64,000 nucleotides of DNA from an uncultured bacterium (GTDB taxonomy: Bacteria; Babelota; Babeliae; Babelales; Babelaceae): positions 448,001-512,000 of the forward strand of contig CAWKFG010000004.1 in assembly GCA_963848965.1 (NCBI GenBank), given 5' to 3'. The position numbers and the translations under genes are program-made. A model generated the notes under the pieces. The model had not been told where the DNA came from and made no database searches. It saw only the letters and a program-made list of their open reading frames with translations. Positions 19,864 to 29,815 of the stretch are shown here, piece by piece (within the stretch, counting starts at the first letter, position 1; every line of letters starts with the position of its first letter).

Positions 19864-20645
19864 TAAACTTTCAACATGTATGGGCTATCGTTATACGTCA
19901 TTGGCGCTTAACATTTCGTGGTTTTGATAGAATCTTTAATGTATTCTACTGGCCTCTATTAAATATTGTTATTTGGGGTATTACGAGTGTTTGGTTACAG
20001 CAGCAGGCTAAGCAGCCGCATATTGTTGCTATGATTTTAACAGGGCTCATTTTCTGGCAAATTGTGTTTAGAGTTAATTTAGAGACAGCAAAGAGTCTTT
20101 TTGAAGAGCTTATTAATCAAAATCTTGTTAATCTCTTTGCTACGCCTCTTACACTGTATGAATGGATTGTCGCTATAATGCTTCTAGGCATTATAAACAT
20201 GATTCTTGTCATGATGTGTGGTATAACCGCTGTGTGGTTTCTTTATAATTTTAATATGCTTGTCTTAGGGTGGTCTATAATTCCCTTTATGCTCTCTTTA
20301 TTAATATCAGGCTGGTTTATTGGTTTTTTCATTTGCGGGCTCCTTATTTATTGGGGCGTTAAAGCGCAAGATTTTATTTATACGATAGGATGGACATTTG
20401 CTCCTTTTAGTGCAATCTATTACCCTCTTGAGGTACTTCCACAGTGGGTACAATATATTTCGAGGCTTTTGCCTATGACGTATGTTTTTGAGAGTATGCG
20501 TTATATGTTAAAGAATGGAACAATTCCTCTGTCTCAACTTTCTCTAAGTTATGGCCTCAATGTGCTCTATCTTATTGGCTCATTATTATTTTTTAAGCGT
20601 ATGTTTGAAAAGAGCAAAGAGAAGGGTCTAGCTCGTCTTGAATAA
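19860..20645 (+). CDS. ABC-2 exporter permease
   Basis: About 6 TM helices; YYPLEVLP.W; LPMTYVFE. Confidence 0.9.
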   Translation: MINFQHVWAIVIRHWRLTFRGFDRIFNVFYWPLLNIVIWGITSVWLQQQAKQPHIVAMILTGLIFWQIVFRVNLETAKSLFEELINQNLVNLFATPLTLYEWIVAIMLLGIINMILVMMCGITAVWFLYNFNMLVLGWSIIPFMLSLLISGWFIGFFICGLLIYWGVKAQDFIYTIGWTFAPFSAIYYPLEVLPQWVQYISRLLPMTYVFESMRYMLKNGTIPLSQLSLSYGLNVLYLIGSLLFFKRMFEKSKEKGLARLE

Positions 20646-20647
20646 AT

Positions 20648-22099
20648 TTACTTTACTCTAAATGTCTCAAATTGCCACATATCTTCTTCTGAAGGTATTT
20701 TTTCGTCTTTAAGTTTATTAAAATGGTTAACTCTATTTTTAAGAGGATTCCAATTTGTTTGTCTGGACGAACATGTTCCCAGATACGGCTCTGCTACTTC
20801 TAATATCTCTTTGTATGGTAAATCATCCGGCACTAAAAAGCCTCTGTGCGGATTCTTTATCATCCAGACAAGAGCTCCGAGCATTGCTGCTGCTACTTGA
20901 AGCGTAGTTGCATTTTGTCCCTCTACTAGTGCTCGTGTTTCTTGGATGCTTAGGTGCGATCCGGTCCACCATCCGTTAAGATCATGGCCAAGAAGAAGAA
21001 CTCCGAGCTCATCTCGTCCATCAATAATATCGTCATTCATGATTCTCATAGAGTGTTGAAGTTTGTAATTATGCATCTTCATTTCATACAATGAGGCTAA
21101 AGCAAAATCTGTGGGTAAATAAACGTAATGTACGGTAGGTCGATAGATGGGCTTATCACCATCCCAGATAGTAAGATATTTGCTAATACTATAGGATTCA
21201 CCATGACGAATGAGCATACCTATAATTTCCCCCGTAGGAATCCATGATCGCATAAGAACATTCATGCCCATCTCGTTTAAAAATATTTGATTTCGTGGCC
21301 CAAAGAAGGGAACTTGGCCACCGTTAGGTATTGTTTTTTCATGAGTTCCCCATCCGAGTTCTGCAGGAGCAGTAGCTTCTTCGTAAAATCCTTCGATTGA
21401 CCAGGTATTTACAAACTCATTTACTTTTTTAGGATTAGTACTTATTTGCATATCTCGTTCTGCTATATGAATTACTTTAGTGCCTGTGATCATTGCAAGA
21501 GAAGGAAAATCCTGAGTATCTAAAGCATTCTTTAATGCTTCTCTTCGATTTCCGTAAGGAATAATTTCTAAAATGCGTTCTGTTATACTTACAAGAGCGC
21601 TTTTAGTCCAGTGACTTACAAGACCTGGATTGGCACCATGTTCTACTATAGTAGTAGGGCCATTAGATGGCCATCTTTTTGCTCGTTCAGAAAGAGCCAT
21701 ATGGCGCATATAAAGAGTTCTGTCTACAAGTTGTTTTGAATGTTTATCTGCATAAGGGTCCCACCATTCAACTGAAGCATTGAGATACATAACGCTGTAC
21801 TCTTGGCACCAATCAATAAGATCGCTTGTGTCCAGATTAACAGTAAGGTCGATAAGAATATCTCCTGGCTTGAGAAGTGAGCCAAAAATTTGCGCATGAT
21901 TTTCCGAGGAGATAGTTTGTTGTATAAAACGTGCACCATGCTCTACAAAAGCCTTCATACGTTCACGAGTATCACGTGTGTCCATAATAGTTATACGTGA
22001 AAAGTCCATAGAAATATGGCGTAGTATAAGGTGCTGCAAGCACTGGGATACAGCACCTGCACCGATAATAAGTATATTACCTTTAAATTCTATGTTCAT
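20648..22099 (-). CDS. hss: Homospermidine synthase
   Basis: HGANPGLVS, IHIAERD, EFVNTWS, PAELGWGTHE, YRPTVHY, QNATTLQV. Confidence 0.93.
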   Translation of the reverse strand: MNIEFKGNILIIGAGAVSQCLQHLILRHISMDFSRITIMDTRDTRERMKAFVEHGARFIQQTISSENHAQIFGSLLKPGDILIDLTVNLDTSDLIDWCQEYSVMYLNASVEWWDPYADKHSKQLVDRTLYMRHMALSERAKRWPSNGPTTIVEHGANPGLVSHWTKSALVSITERILEIIPYGNRREALKNALDTQDFPSLAMITGTKVIHIAERDMQISTNPKKVNEFVNTWSIEGFYEEATAPAELGWGTHEKTIPNGGQVPFFGPRNQIFLNEMGMNVLMRSWIPTGEIIGMLIRHGESYSISKYLTIWDGDKPIYRPTVHYVYLPTDFALASLYEMKMHNYKLQHSMRIMNDDIIDGRDELGVLLLGHDLNGWWTGSHLSIQETRALVEGQNATTLQVAAAMLGALVWMIKNPHRGFLVPDDLPYKEILEVAEPYLGTCSSRQTNWNPLKNRVNHFNKLKDEKIPSEEDMWQFETFRVK

Positions 22100-22485
22100 A
22101 CTTTTCTTTCTTTTTATTTATTATTTTTATCGTAAACCAAATTCTACTAGTATGGCAAGAAAAATTATAAAAATAAGCTTAATATCAACATGTAATCATA
22201 TTTTTTTTCTTTTTGAAACCTTAATTATTCGAATAAAAGTACCTTTTTTATTAATTTTACTTATTACCTTATTAATGATATGCTCGAGAATTACTTCTAA
22301 TTTTTATTATGATAGAAACAGACATGATAAAACTCTATTATTTTTTCTTTAATATTCTTAACTGTAATGCCATTATGGCTACTGTAAGTGCTTCGTGCAT
22401 ATAATAGTATAAAAAAAGGAAATCTTATAAAACTAAAAAACTCTTACAGCTTTTATCTAGTAAATTCTCTTATAAAAAGGAATAC

Positions 22486-24093
22486 ATGAATTGTAAAATA
22501 GCTATTTTACTTCTTTGGTTTTGTTTTTCGCTCTCTGCTATGAAGCAGAGTATTTTTCACCTTACAGCTCTATCACAAAAGTTTATAGAGCGTGCACACT
22601 ATGGTAAACGGGAAAAAGTTTATACAATGCTTTCTGAAAATTCTGCTATTGATGATGCAGCAAAAGAGATAGTTTTTACTATAGCAGCTGCACATGGATG
22701 GGTAGACATCGTAGAACTTCTTATAAACAAGGGAACGAATATTCATACAGACCGTGATGAAGCATTCAAGAATGCTGCTCGTAATGGGCATAGTAGCATT
22801 ATGCAAATGCTTATTAAGCAGGGTATTACTCACGAACATGCTGCTTATCATCATGGCCTTATAGCTGCAGCAGCAGGAACTGGCAATCTAGAAGTTATAG
22901 ATATTCTTTTAGAATATGGGGCAGATCCACAATGGGAATATGAGGCTGCAATAAAGAATGCCGTTCATAATAACCATAGAGAAGTAGTCTCTAAGTTATT
23001 GAAAGCTGGTAGTTCTGTAGATGCAAAAAATGGAGATGGTGAAACACTGTTGATGATTGCAGCGCAAAAAGGCTATTTAGAGATGGCTCAGCTTCTTATA
23101 AGCAATAAGGCAGACTGCTCTCTAGCTTCACCTCGAGGTGATACAGCTCTTATTTATGCATGTAGGCATGGTCATACTGCAGTTGCTCAGTTGCTTATAG
23201 AAACAGGAAGTGCTTTCCATCGACATAAGGCTCTTGTAGCAGCAGCTTCTTGTAGTCATAAAGCACTAGTAAAATTGCTTTTAAATAGGGATGCTTCGCT
23301 TCAAGCATATGAACATGAGGCTTTAAAAGCTGCAATTCTTTATGGTACAAAAGATTTTATACGTTCCTTTATATCTCGAGTAGACTTTGTATTGAACAAA
23401 GATGAGTTATTTAAGAACAATAAGCAAGTAATCTTTCAAGTGCTTTTAAAACTTATTGAAGCTGGTATACACCTTACATTACAGGACTATACTTATGCTT
23501 TAACGCTTGCTCGAGAGTCTCATGCGCAAGGTATGATCTCTTTCTTGGAGTTTTGTATACAGCCAACAATACAAGCATACTGTGATGCAGGATATGCAAA
23601 GAAAATACCTCTTGCGCAGCTCTATGCAGATAAAGCTCTGCAAAAATATGTTCTTAATCCTTCTCATTACTTGCAGGAATATAAAATCACATACCTTGAT
23701 CGAGGGTATTATGCTCGTTCATGTGTGTATGAGCGTAGTTGGGCGGAGAGCTATGTTCCTTATTGGTATCAGTACAATTCATATAATCACCTTACTTGTA
23801 GTCATCAAACGCCTTTAGTGTGGGCATGTATATTTGGTCATCAGGAGACGGTTACGTCTCTTTTATCATATAACTTACCTTTGTTCTTTATCAATGCTCG
23901 TGATAAGAGTGGGTATACTGCGCTCGATTACGCTGCACGGTATAATTTTGAATCGCTTGTTCTTCTTCTTTTAAAAAATAGGGCTATGCCAACGTTACGA
24001 GCAGTTAAGCAAGCAGTAAAAAAAAGAAATTACTTTATAGTTGTTGAGCTTCTTTTAGCATTAAAACAGATTCCTCTTTCAATACTTGAATAA
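22486..24093 (+). CDS. Secreted ankyrin-repeat protein
   Basis: Signal peptide ..SAMKQ; multiple ankyrin repeats. Confidence 0.88.
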   Translation: MNCKIAILLLWFCFSLSAMKQSIFHLTALSQKFIERAHYGKREKVYTMLSENSAIDDAAKEIVFTIAAAHGWVDIVELLINKGTNIHTDRDEAFKNAARNGHSSIMQMLIKQGITHEHAAYHHGLIAAAAGTGNLEVIDILLEYGADPQWEYEAAIKNAVHNNHREVVSKLLKAGSSVDAKNGDGETLLMIAAQKGYLEMAQLLISNKADCSLASPRGDTALIYACRHGHTAVAQLLIETGSAFHRHKALVAAASCSHKALVKLLLNRDASLQAYEHEALKAAILYGTKDFIRSFISRVDFVLNKDELFKNNKQVIFQVLLKLIEAGIHLTLQDYTYALTLARESHAQGMISFLEFCIQPTIQAYCDAGYAKKIPLAQLYADKALQKYVLNPSHYLQEYKITYLDRGYYARSCVYERSWAESYVPYWYQYNSYNHLTCSHQTPLVWACIFGHQETVTSLLSYNLPLFFINARDKSGYTALDYAARYNFESLVLLLLKNRAMPTLRAVKQAVKKRNYFIVVELLLALKQIPLSILE

Positions 24094-24181
24094 TAAGCCT
24101 ATTGGTAGCTGCCCTTATAGCTGCAATGTTTCTGTGCTTATAACTAGTATATTTATTTCTACCAAAGATAGTTATGTAAAC

Positions 24182-24357
24182 ATGGTGTCGTCGGAACAGG
24201 TGCGTTCCACCTGGACCGGAGACTCGCGTAGCGGCGTGCAACTGCAAAAAATCGGTACGATTTTTTGCTTTAAAAGAACCAGCGAGGAGCTTTAGCTCTG
24301 AGCAAAAAGGGTTGCAAGGGTGCGCCCTTGCTGGGGTTACAGGGGCAAAGCCCCTCA
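24182..24357 (+). repeat. GC-rich multi-hairpin element, copy A
   Basis: Near-identical core to 29446-29624; series of stem-loops. Confidence 0.85.
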
Positions 24358-24367
24358 TAGTTGAGCT

Positions 24368-25084
24368 TCAGTGCATAAAGGGGTACAGTAAACCAAGCAA
24401 GAGTGGCTGATGAGCGAGATATACAAGCAGAGTATGCTTGCCAAGAAAGCTTAGTGTTCGAGCAATAGAAGAAGTAGGCTCCTGAGGAAGCTTAAATTGG
24501 CGCTGAGCATGAGAGTATGCAAAGGAAGCAGCTAATACGCCAAGAAGGTATATACTCAGCCAAGGAATAAGGGGAAAGTGATCGAGTGAATAGAAGTCTG
24601 CAGGTTCTAGGCCGAGCCAGACGAGATAAGGAAAAGAGGCAGTTTGTGCTTGGACCCAGGGAGTACAAAGGAGAAGTACTGATGCTGCTGTAAAAGTGAG
24701 TAGCGGTTTATTGAGAAAAAAGTAGGCAACAAGAGGAGCAATGGCAAGGAAGTGGAGGATACCAAAGATGATAGTTCCTTCGCCTATAAAGAGCCAGGTA
24801 GAGAGTGAAATGAGAGCACCAATGCCAAGGAGCTTTGCTGAACGCGCTAGAAGCTTTGGCAAGAACGGGCTGTTAGTAGTAAGAGATTTTTGAAAGCTTA
24901 TGGCAAGTGAGATGCCTGAAGTAAAAATGAATGTTGAAGCAGCTAAGCGTGCAATGGACCACCAGAGCCATGAATCGAGGTTAATGGGTACTTGAACGAA
25001 GAATGCGATATCGAAAATGAAGTGAAAGAAGATGACAAGAAGTATGGCACTGCCTTTGATAAGATCGAGTTCCCAAAATCTCAT
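24368..25084 (-). CDS. DUF1624 / HGSNAT-like membrane acyltransferase
   Basis: RFWELDLIKG.AI....FH, FGILH, S.DHFPLIPW, LGKHTL.VYL.HQP. Confidence 0.88.
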   Translation of the reverse strand: MRFWELDLIKGSAILLVIFFHFIFDIAFFVQVPINLDSWLWWSIARLAASTFIFTSGISLAISFQKSLTTNSPFLPKLLARSAKLLGIGALISLSTWLFIGEGTIIFGILHFLAIAPLVAYFFLNKPLLTFTAASVLLLCTPWVQAQTASFPYLVWLGLEPADFYSLDHFPLIPWLSIYLLGVLAASFAYSHAQRQFKLPQEPTSSIARTLSFLGKHTLLVYLAHQPLLLGLLYPFMH

Positions 25085-25139
25085 ACTACTCCTACAAGGA
25101 AAAACCCGCCAGAGCTTGTAGCTAAGGCGGGTCTCTCTT

Positions 25140-25427
25140 TTACATTTGTGCTGCTGTATATGGTAATAATGCCATAATACGAGCATTTTTTATTTGAGCA
25201 GTTAAAACACGTTGGTGCTTTGCACACGTTCCTGAGATGTGTGACGGTAATATCTTGCCTCGTTCTGTGATAAAGTTTTTCAGAAGTTGAGCATTCTTAT
25301 AATCTAATGCTGCTTCATTCTGTTTATTAGCACAGAACTTGCATTGCTTTGCGCCGCTAAAGGAGCCACGTCGTGCTCGTTTCTTGAGTAGCCGGCTACT
25401 TACTTTTAATTTAACTTTGCGTGCCAT
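25140..25427 (-). CDS. rpsR: 30S ribosomal protein S18
   Basis: [31 protein letters not shown]. Confidence 0.97.
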   Translation of the reverse strand: MARKVKLKVSSRLLKKRARRGSFSGAKQCKFCANKQNEAALDYKNAQLLKNFITERGKILPSHISGTCAKHQRVLTAQIKNARIMALLPYTAAQM

Positions 25428-25438
25428 AGTATTCCTTA

Positions 25439-25900
25439 TTATTCTTGTTCAAATTCTTGTTCCATCTCTTCTGACTGGCGAGAGCCTGAAGATTTGCTTA
25501 AAAGTCCTGTCATCTTATTTTCTTTTAAGAAAGTATCAACATCGCGTGTTGGTACTTCTTCAAGTGATTCTGGGCGCTTATATTCTAAAGAGCCTTGTGA
25601 ATCAAGACGCATGATAACATGACGCATAGCGAGATCAACGTATCTGACAGCAAATAAAATGCGGATAGCTTCAAGAAGAGCAGTTTTGTGTTCTTCGTCG
25701 ACTTCAAAGCGAGCAAGAAAGTAGACACCATAGTCGTATTTTCTTATAGGATATGCAAGTTGATACTTGCCCCATCGCTCAAATGAGATAACATTTCCTT
25801 TAGCATCACTGACAAGTTTATCAAACTGAGATTCAAGCTCAGCTGACTCATCAGCAGTGATTTCTGGAACTGTTAAAAAAAGTGTTTCATAACGTAGCAT
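25439..25900 (-). CDS. rpsF: 30S ribosomal protein S6
   Basis: RYET, WG...LAYPI.K...G.Y. Confidence 0.93.
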   Translation of the reverse strand: MLRYETLFLTVPEITADESAELESQFDKLVSDAKGNVISFERWGKYQLAYPIRKYDYGVYFLARFEVDEEHKTALLEAIRILFAVRYVDLAMRHVIMRLDSQGSLEYKRPESLEEVPTRDVDTFLKENKMTGLLSKSSGSRQSEEMEQEFEQE

Positions 25901-25977
25901 ATAAGCTCCTTCTACTAACTGGAAGTGTTGTTTTTACACTATAAAGCAGTAAGCTGCTTTATTTAGCAGAGGCGTAA

Positions 25978-26649
25978 TTACTCAAACCTTTGATGGCGAG
26001 CAATAACGCGTCCAATAATTCTAAAGTGGTCTTTTCCACGTACTAAAGCAATAGGTGCAGCCTTATGATTTACTGATTCAAGAACGAGGAAATCATCTGT
26101 ATAGGTTACCTGCATAATTGCTTTTACGGGTGTTTCGTTACCATATTCAACTGCTGCAATGTCACCTGAACGGGCCCATACATCTGGCGAGATGATAAGG
26201 ATATCACCTTTATCAAATGTTGGTGCTAGTTGGTTACTTGAAAGTGCAAGTGCAAACATAGAACCATCATTATTATTAAGTACAGGAACAAATACATCCT
26301 TGAATCCTGTCGTTAATTGCATAAGCTGATTATTATATGGTGACGGGTTTGAAGGAATATCTCCTACAACTGGTACAATTTGTACTTTTAATTGCACATC
26401 TGACTTTTCTGGCATACTCACGTTATTATCGATATCGTCAGTACGTTTACGTCGTTGTGCAAAGAGGTCAATAGGGCTTACTTCAAACGCATTAGCTAGT
26501 TTACGCAATGAATCTTCATTCCAACGGCGTGTACCATTTTTAATGTGCGTTAGATAGCTCTCGGACATACCTGTTTTTTCTGCAAGAGTCTTGGTAGTCC
26601 ACCCTTTTTCTCTGAGCAACTCTTTTACGCGGAGTGCTGTTGATGACAT
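25978..26649 (-). CDS. XRE HTH regulator with S24-like C-terminal domain
   Basis: N-terminal HTH; VPVVG, P.F..GD...I.P, L.S.N, IIGRV. Confidence 0.82.
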   Translation of the reverse strand: MSSTALRVKELLREKGWTTKTLAEKTGMSESYLTHIKNGTRRWNEDSLRKLANAFEVSPIDLFAQRRKRTDDIDNNVSMPEKSDVQLKVQIVPVVGDIPSNPSPYNNQLMQLTTGFKDVFVPVLNNNDGSMFALALSSNQLAPTFDKGDILIISPDVWARSGDIAAVEYGNETPVKAIMQVTYTDDFLVLESVNHKAAPIALVRGKDHFRIIGRVIARHQRFE

Positions 26650-26884
26650 AATAAATCCTTCCCTTACACTAGTTATAGTTAGGTTTTCTGGTTTTATACA
26701 CTGCATTATTCTCATTGTACTAAATTAATTATTCTTGTCAAATGGAAAACATAGCTCTTTTTCTCTTTTTTTCTTATTCACGCTCTCCTTAAGCAGCAAA
26801 GCTCTTTAAATAAGGTATTTTCTCATTTTTGCTCTTTTGATTGTCGAAAAAATAATTTTGAAGTACATTATTTTGTAGTATAAA

Positions 26885-27493
26885 ATGGGAGAATGCATGG
26901 TAAAACCGTTTGGCGAAGTAATAGAAAGTTCATTAAGCATAATTAAAGCTCAGTGTTGGAAGTGGGACGATTTTCCTTCTTTTGGTTCTTTGGTTACTAT
27001 AGAGATACAAAAAAGGACGCTTTTTGGACTGGTCCATCATATTCAAACGGGGTCACTCGATGCTCAGCGAACAGTATTTGCTTATCAAAAAACAGAAGAA
27101 GAGTTACAACAAGAGCAGCCTCAGATATTTGAGTTTCTTTGTACTACCTTTTCTTGCTTGATTTTGGGATACAAAGAGCAGGGCAAAATTATATATCAAG
27201 TACCTCCAGAACCTCCTAAGATTCACACATTTATCTACCGAGCAACAGAGCTTGATAGTAGTTCATTTTTCTCACATGAGCACTATTTGCCTCTTCTTTT
27301 TTCTTTTGCACATCATACTTTCTCACTCGATGAGCTGTTGCTTGCTCTTCTTAAGAATATTGCCAATACTAAAGCACTTACTCCTGAAGCGCTCAATAAC
27401 TTTATACAAACATTCTCACTGCTTACTGCAAACGATTATCGACGACTTAAGCTCTTTCTTCAAAGAGCACAAGCAGTTATACAGCTCTCTTGA
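26885..27493 (+). CDS. HAS-barrel-like domain protein
   Basis: GEVIES..AQC..P.FGSLV; EEL..EQPQIF..L; P..PP.IH; DYRRL. Confidence 0.65.
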   Translation: MGECMVKPFGEVIESSLSIIKAQCWKWDDFPSFGSLVTIEIQKRTLFGLVHHIQTGSLDAQRTVFAYQKTEEELQQEQPQIFEFLCTTFSCLILGYKEQGKIIYQVPPEPPKIHTFIYRATELDSSSFFSHEHYLPLLFSFAHHTFSLDELLLALLKNIANTKALTPEALNNFIQTFSLLTANDYRRLKLFLQRAQAVIQLS

Positions 27494-27576
27494 ACGATGT
27501 AGAAACTCTTTGAAAACTCCCAGTTACTCACGATCAAAGAAGCTATTCTTTAAAATGCTTCTATGCACAAATTTTT

Positions 27577-28191
27577 TTAGTTACGCACAGGAATGATACT
27601 GATCATACGAACGATGTCTTCTGCTTGTCGTGCATCTTGATCGTTGCTTACAGCAATTAAAACGGAGAATAACCGTAAACATCCTAGAATTACTAGAGCG
27701 CCACCAATAGTCAAGGTTACAGGTGCATCTGAAATATAAGCTCCTACATTTGCTTCCATAACATGAGAATTGGCTGCAGACTCTTTCAGGCGTCCTGCAC
27801 CACTTCTTATCCAATTACCAACGAGGGGTAAACCATATACTGTGTTAGTAAACCAATTGAGTCCCCGCCCTAGCCTTACTATCATTATGCCACCTACTAC
27901 TGAATACAAGGATTTTACTGCTCGTTCTACTTTATCACTCAAAGGAATCCTTTTTTGGTCACATAAAGTGGCCCGATAGCGTGCGATATCCAACAGTTGT
28001 TCCTTTTCTTGCGCCGATAGTGATTCATGTTGTGCTAACATAGAAGTAACCAATGGAATATTGAGTGCCCAAATAGCTTGATATATCTGCGAGTCTAATG
28101 AAGAACGTGCACGAAATGAAGAACTTTCTGTTCCTCGTAGTACAAATAGCATACAGCTAACAAGTACAACAAGCCATTTTCTATGCTGCAT
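27577..28191 (-). CDS. Hypothetical membrane/exported protein
   Basis: GGAGG RBS; signal-like N-terminus; TM segments. Confidence 0.55.
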   Translation of the reverse strand: MQHRKWLVVLVSCMLFVLRGTESSSFRARSSLDSQIYQAIWALNIPLVTSMLAQHESLSAQEKEQLLDIARYRATLCDQKRIPLSDKVERAVKSLYSVVGGIMIVRLGRGLNWFTNTVYGLPLVGNWIRSGAGRLKESAANSHVMEANVGAYISDAPVTLTIGGALVILGCLRLFSVLIAVSNDQDARQAEDIVRMISIIPVRN

Positions 28192-28329
28192 AGAACCTCC
28201 TTTATCTATAAAAGCACCTTCATTATACAAAAAACCCCCATTCTAAATAAATACTTTTACTCTCAGCTATTGAGCGACTTGTAAAAAGAGGTTAAAGTAA
28301 GTACCATACTACTTTAAACGGAGATTTTT

Positions 28330-29217
28330 ATGTTTGGGTTTATTAAGAAAGCATTAAGTACTATCTATCAACAAGTTACGAGTAAACTTACTACTCTCTT
28401 TACGCGTCAGCATATTGATGAAGATACACTCAAAGAGCTTGAACAGATCCTCATTAGTGCAGATACTGGTATCCATACAACTCGTACTATAATAGCAAAC
28501 CTCAAAGAGCAACTGTACCGCGGTTCTTTACAGAAAGGTTCAGACCTTCATACAGCTCTCAAGCAACAACTCAAATCATTGCTCACTACTCATCCATACG
28601 ACTCGCAAGCGGACATCTATCTACTCATCGGAATTAACGGTAGTGGCAAAACAACCTTTGCAGGTAAATTAGGCTTCTGGCTACAGCAGCAAAATAAAAA
28701 GGTCCTCTTTGTTGCAGCAGATACATTTCGTGCTGCAGCTACTGAGCAGCTGAGTACTTGGGGCCAGCGTCTCACTATTCCCGTTATTACCGGTAAAGAA
28801 AACCAAGATCCTGCTTCTGTCGTCTACTCGGGCTGCGAACACTTTAAACAAGGCGCCTACGACAATCTTATTATTGACACTGCCGGCCGATTACAAACAA
28901 AAGTTAATCTTATGAAAGAGCTTGAAAAAGTTAAACGTACTATCGATAAGCAGCTGAGTACCCACAAAATCTCTACTCTGCTTATCATCGACTCTATGCT
29001 CGGGCAAAATTCATTTGAGCAAGCAAAAATATTCCACGAAAGTACGCACGTTGACGGTATAGTACTCACCAAGATGGACGGAACAGGCAAAGGCGGCATC
29101 GTATTCTCTATAGTCCAAGAACTCAAGATACCTATCGCCTTTATCTCCTTTGGCGAACAACCAGAACAACTCGCTCTCTTCGATGCAGACACCTACGTTG
29201 ATCAACTACTCAGCTAG
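28330..29217 (+). CDS. ftsY: SRP receptor FtsY
   Basis: GINGSGKTT, DTFRAAA, DTAGRLQ, TKMDGTGKGG. Confidence 0.96.
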   Translation: MFGFIKKALSTIYQQVTSKLTTLFTRQHIDEDTLKELEQILISADTGIHTTRTIIANLKEQLYRGSLQKGSDLHTALKQQLKSLLTTHPYDSQADIYLLIGINGSGKTTFAGKLGFWLQQQNKKVLFVAADTFRAAATEQLSTWGQRLTIPVITGKENQDPASVVYSGCEHFKQGAYDNLIIDTAGRLQTKVNLMKELEKVKRTIDKQLSTHKISTLLIIDSMLGQNSFEQAKIFHESTHVDGIVLTKMDGTGKGGIVFSIVQELKIPIAFISFGEQPEQLALFDADTYVDQLLS

Positions 29218-29233
29218 CTAGTAAGGAACGCTT

Positions 29234-29400
29234 TGAGGGGCTCTGCCCCTTGTACCCCGCTAGGGCCTAAGGCCCTAGAACCCCTTTGCTTCTTTTTGTT
29301 CTTTTTCTGCGTTAAAAAACGCTCAGCGTTTTTTAACAATAGCAGTCGCTACGCGATTTAAGCAACCAAGGGAACTCCCTGGTTGCCTGTTGCTGACTTA
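29234..29400 (-). repeat. GC-rich multi-hairpin element, copy C (diverged, inverted)
   Basis: Reverse complement has a similar hairpin order, ending ggggcagagcccctca. Confidence 0.7.
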
Positions 29401-29445
29401 CGTTTTACTTGCCTGTAATTTAATATCAATAATACTTCTGTAACT

Positions 29446-29624
29446 ATAGTGTCATCAGCAGGGGTGCGTTCCACCCCTGATGGAGACTCGCGTAGCGGCG
29501 TGCAACTGCAAAAAATCGGTACGATTTTTTGCTTTAAAAAACAAGCGAAGAGCTTTAGCTCTGAAGCTAGAAAGCGGGTTGCAAGGGCGCGCCCTTGCCA
29601 GGGTTAAAGGGACAGCGTCCCTTA
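29446..29624 (+). repeat. GC-rich multi-hairpin element, copy B
   Basis: Shares ggagactcgcgtagcggcgtgcaactgcaaaaaatcggtacgattttttgctttaaaa with copy A. Confidence 0.85.
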
Positions 29625-29815
29625 CAGTTAAGGCCCCTAGCTATTACAGGCTCGTAATTTGCACAAAAAGCACTCAAGATTTCAGCTTTTGACAAAAAAA
29701 TTGAATTCTGTATGTTATATAAAAAGAATAAGAAATTAAAAATAATTACAGATTAAGAAATGAGACATGCGCTCATGCTCTTATACCCTATCGTACTATA
29801 TAATGGAGGAACCGT

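Noticed and set aside
22100..22485. AT-rich gap as a replication origin
   Set aside because: No clear DnaA boxes or dnaA/dnaN context; consistent with a divergent promoter region
24035..24358. ORFs overlapping the hairpin element (also 24086-24295 and 29480-29692)
   Set aside because: Likely by-products of a GC-rich repeat; frames and strands are not conserved between copies
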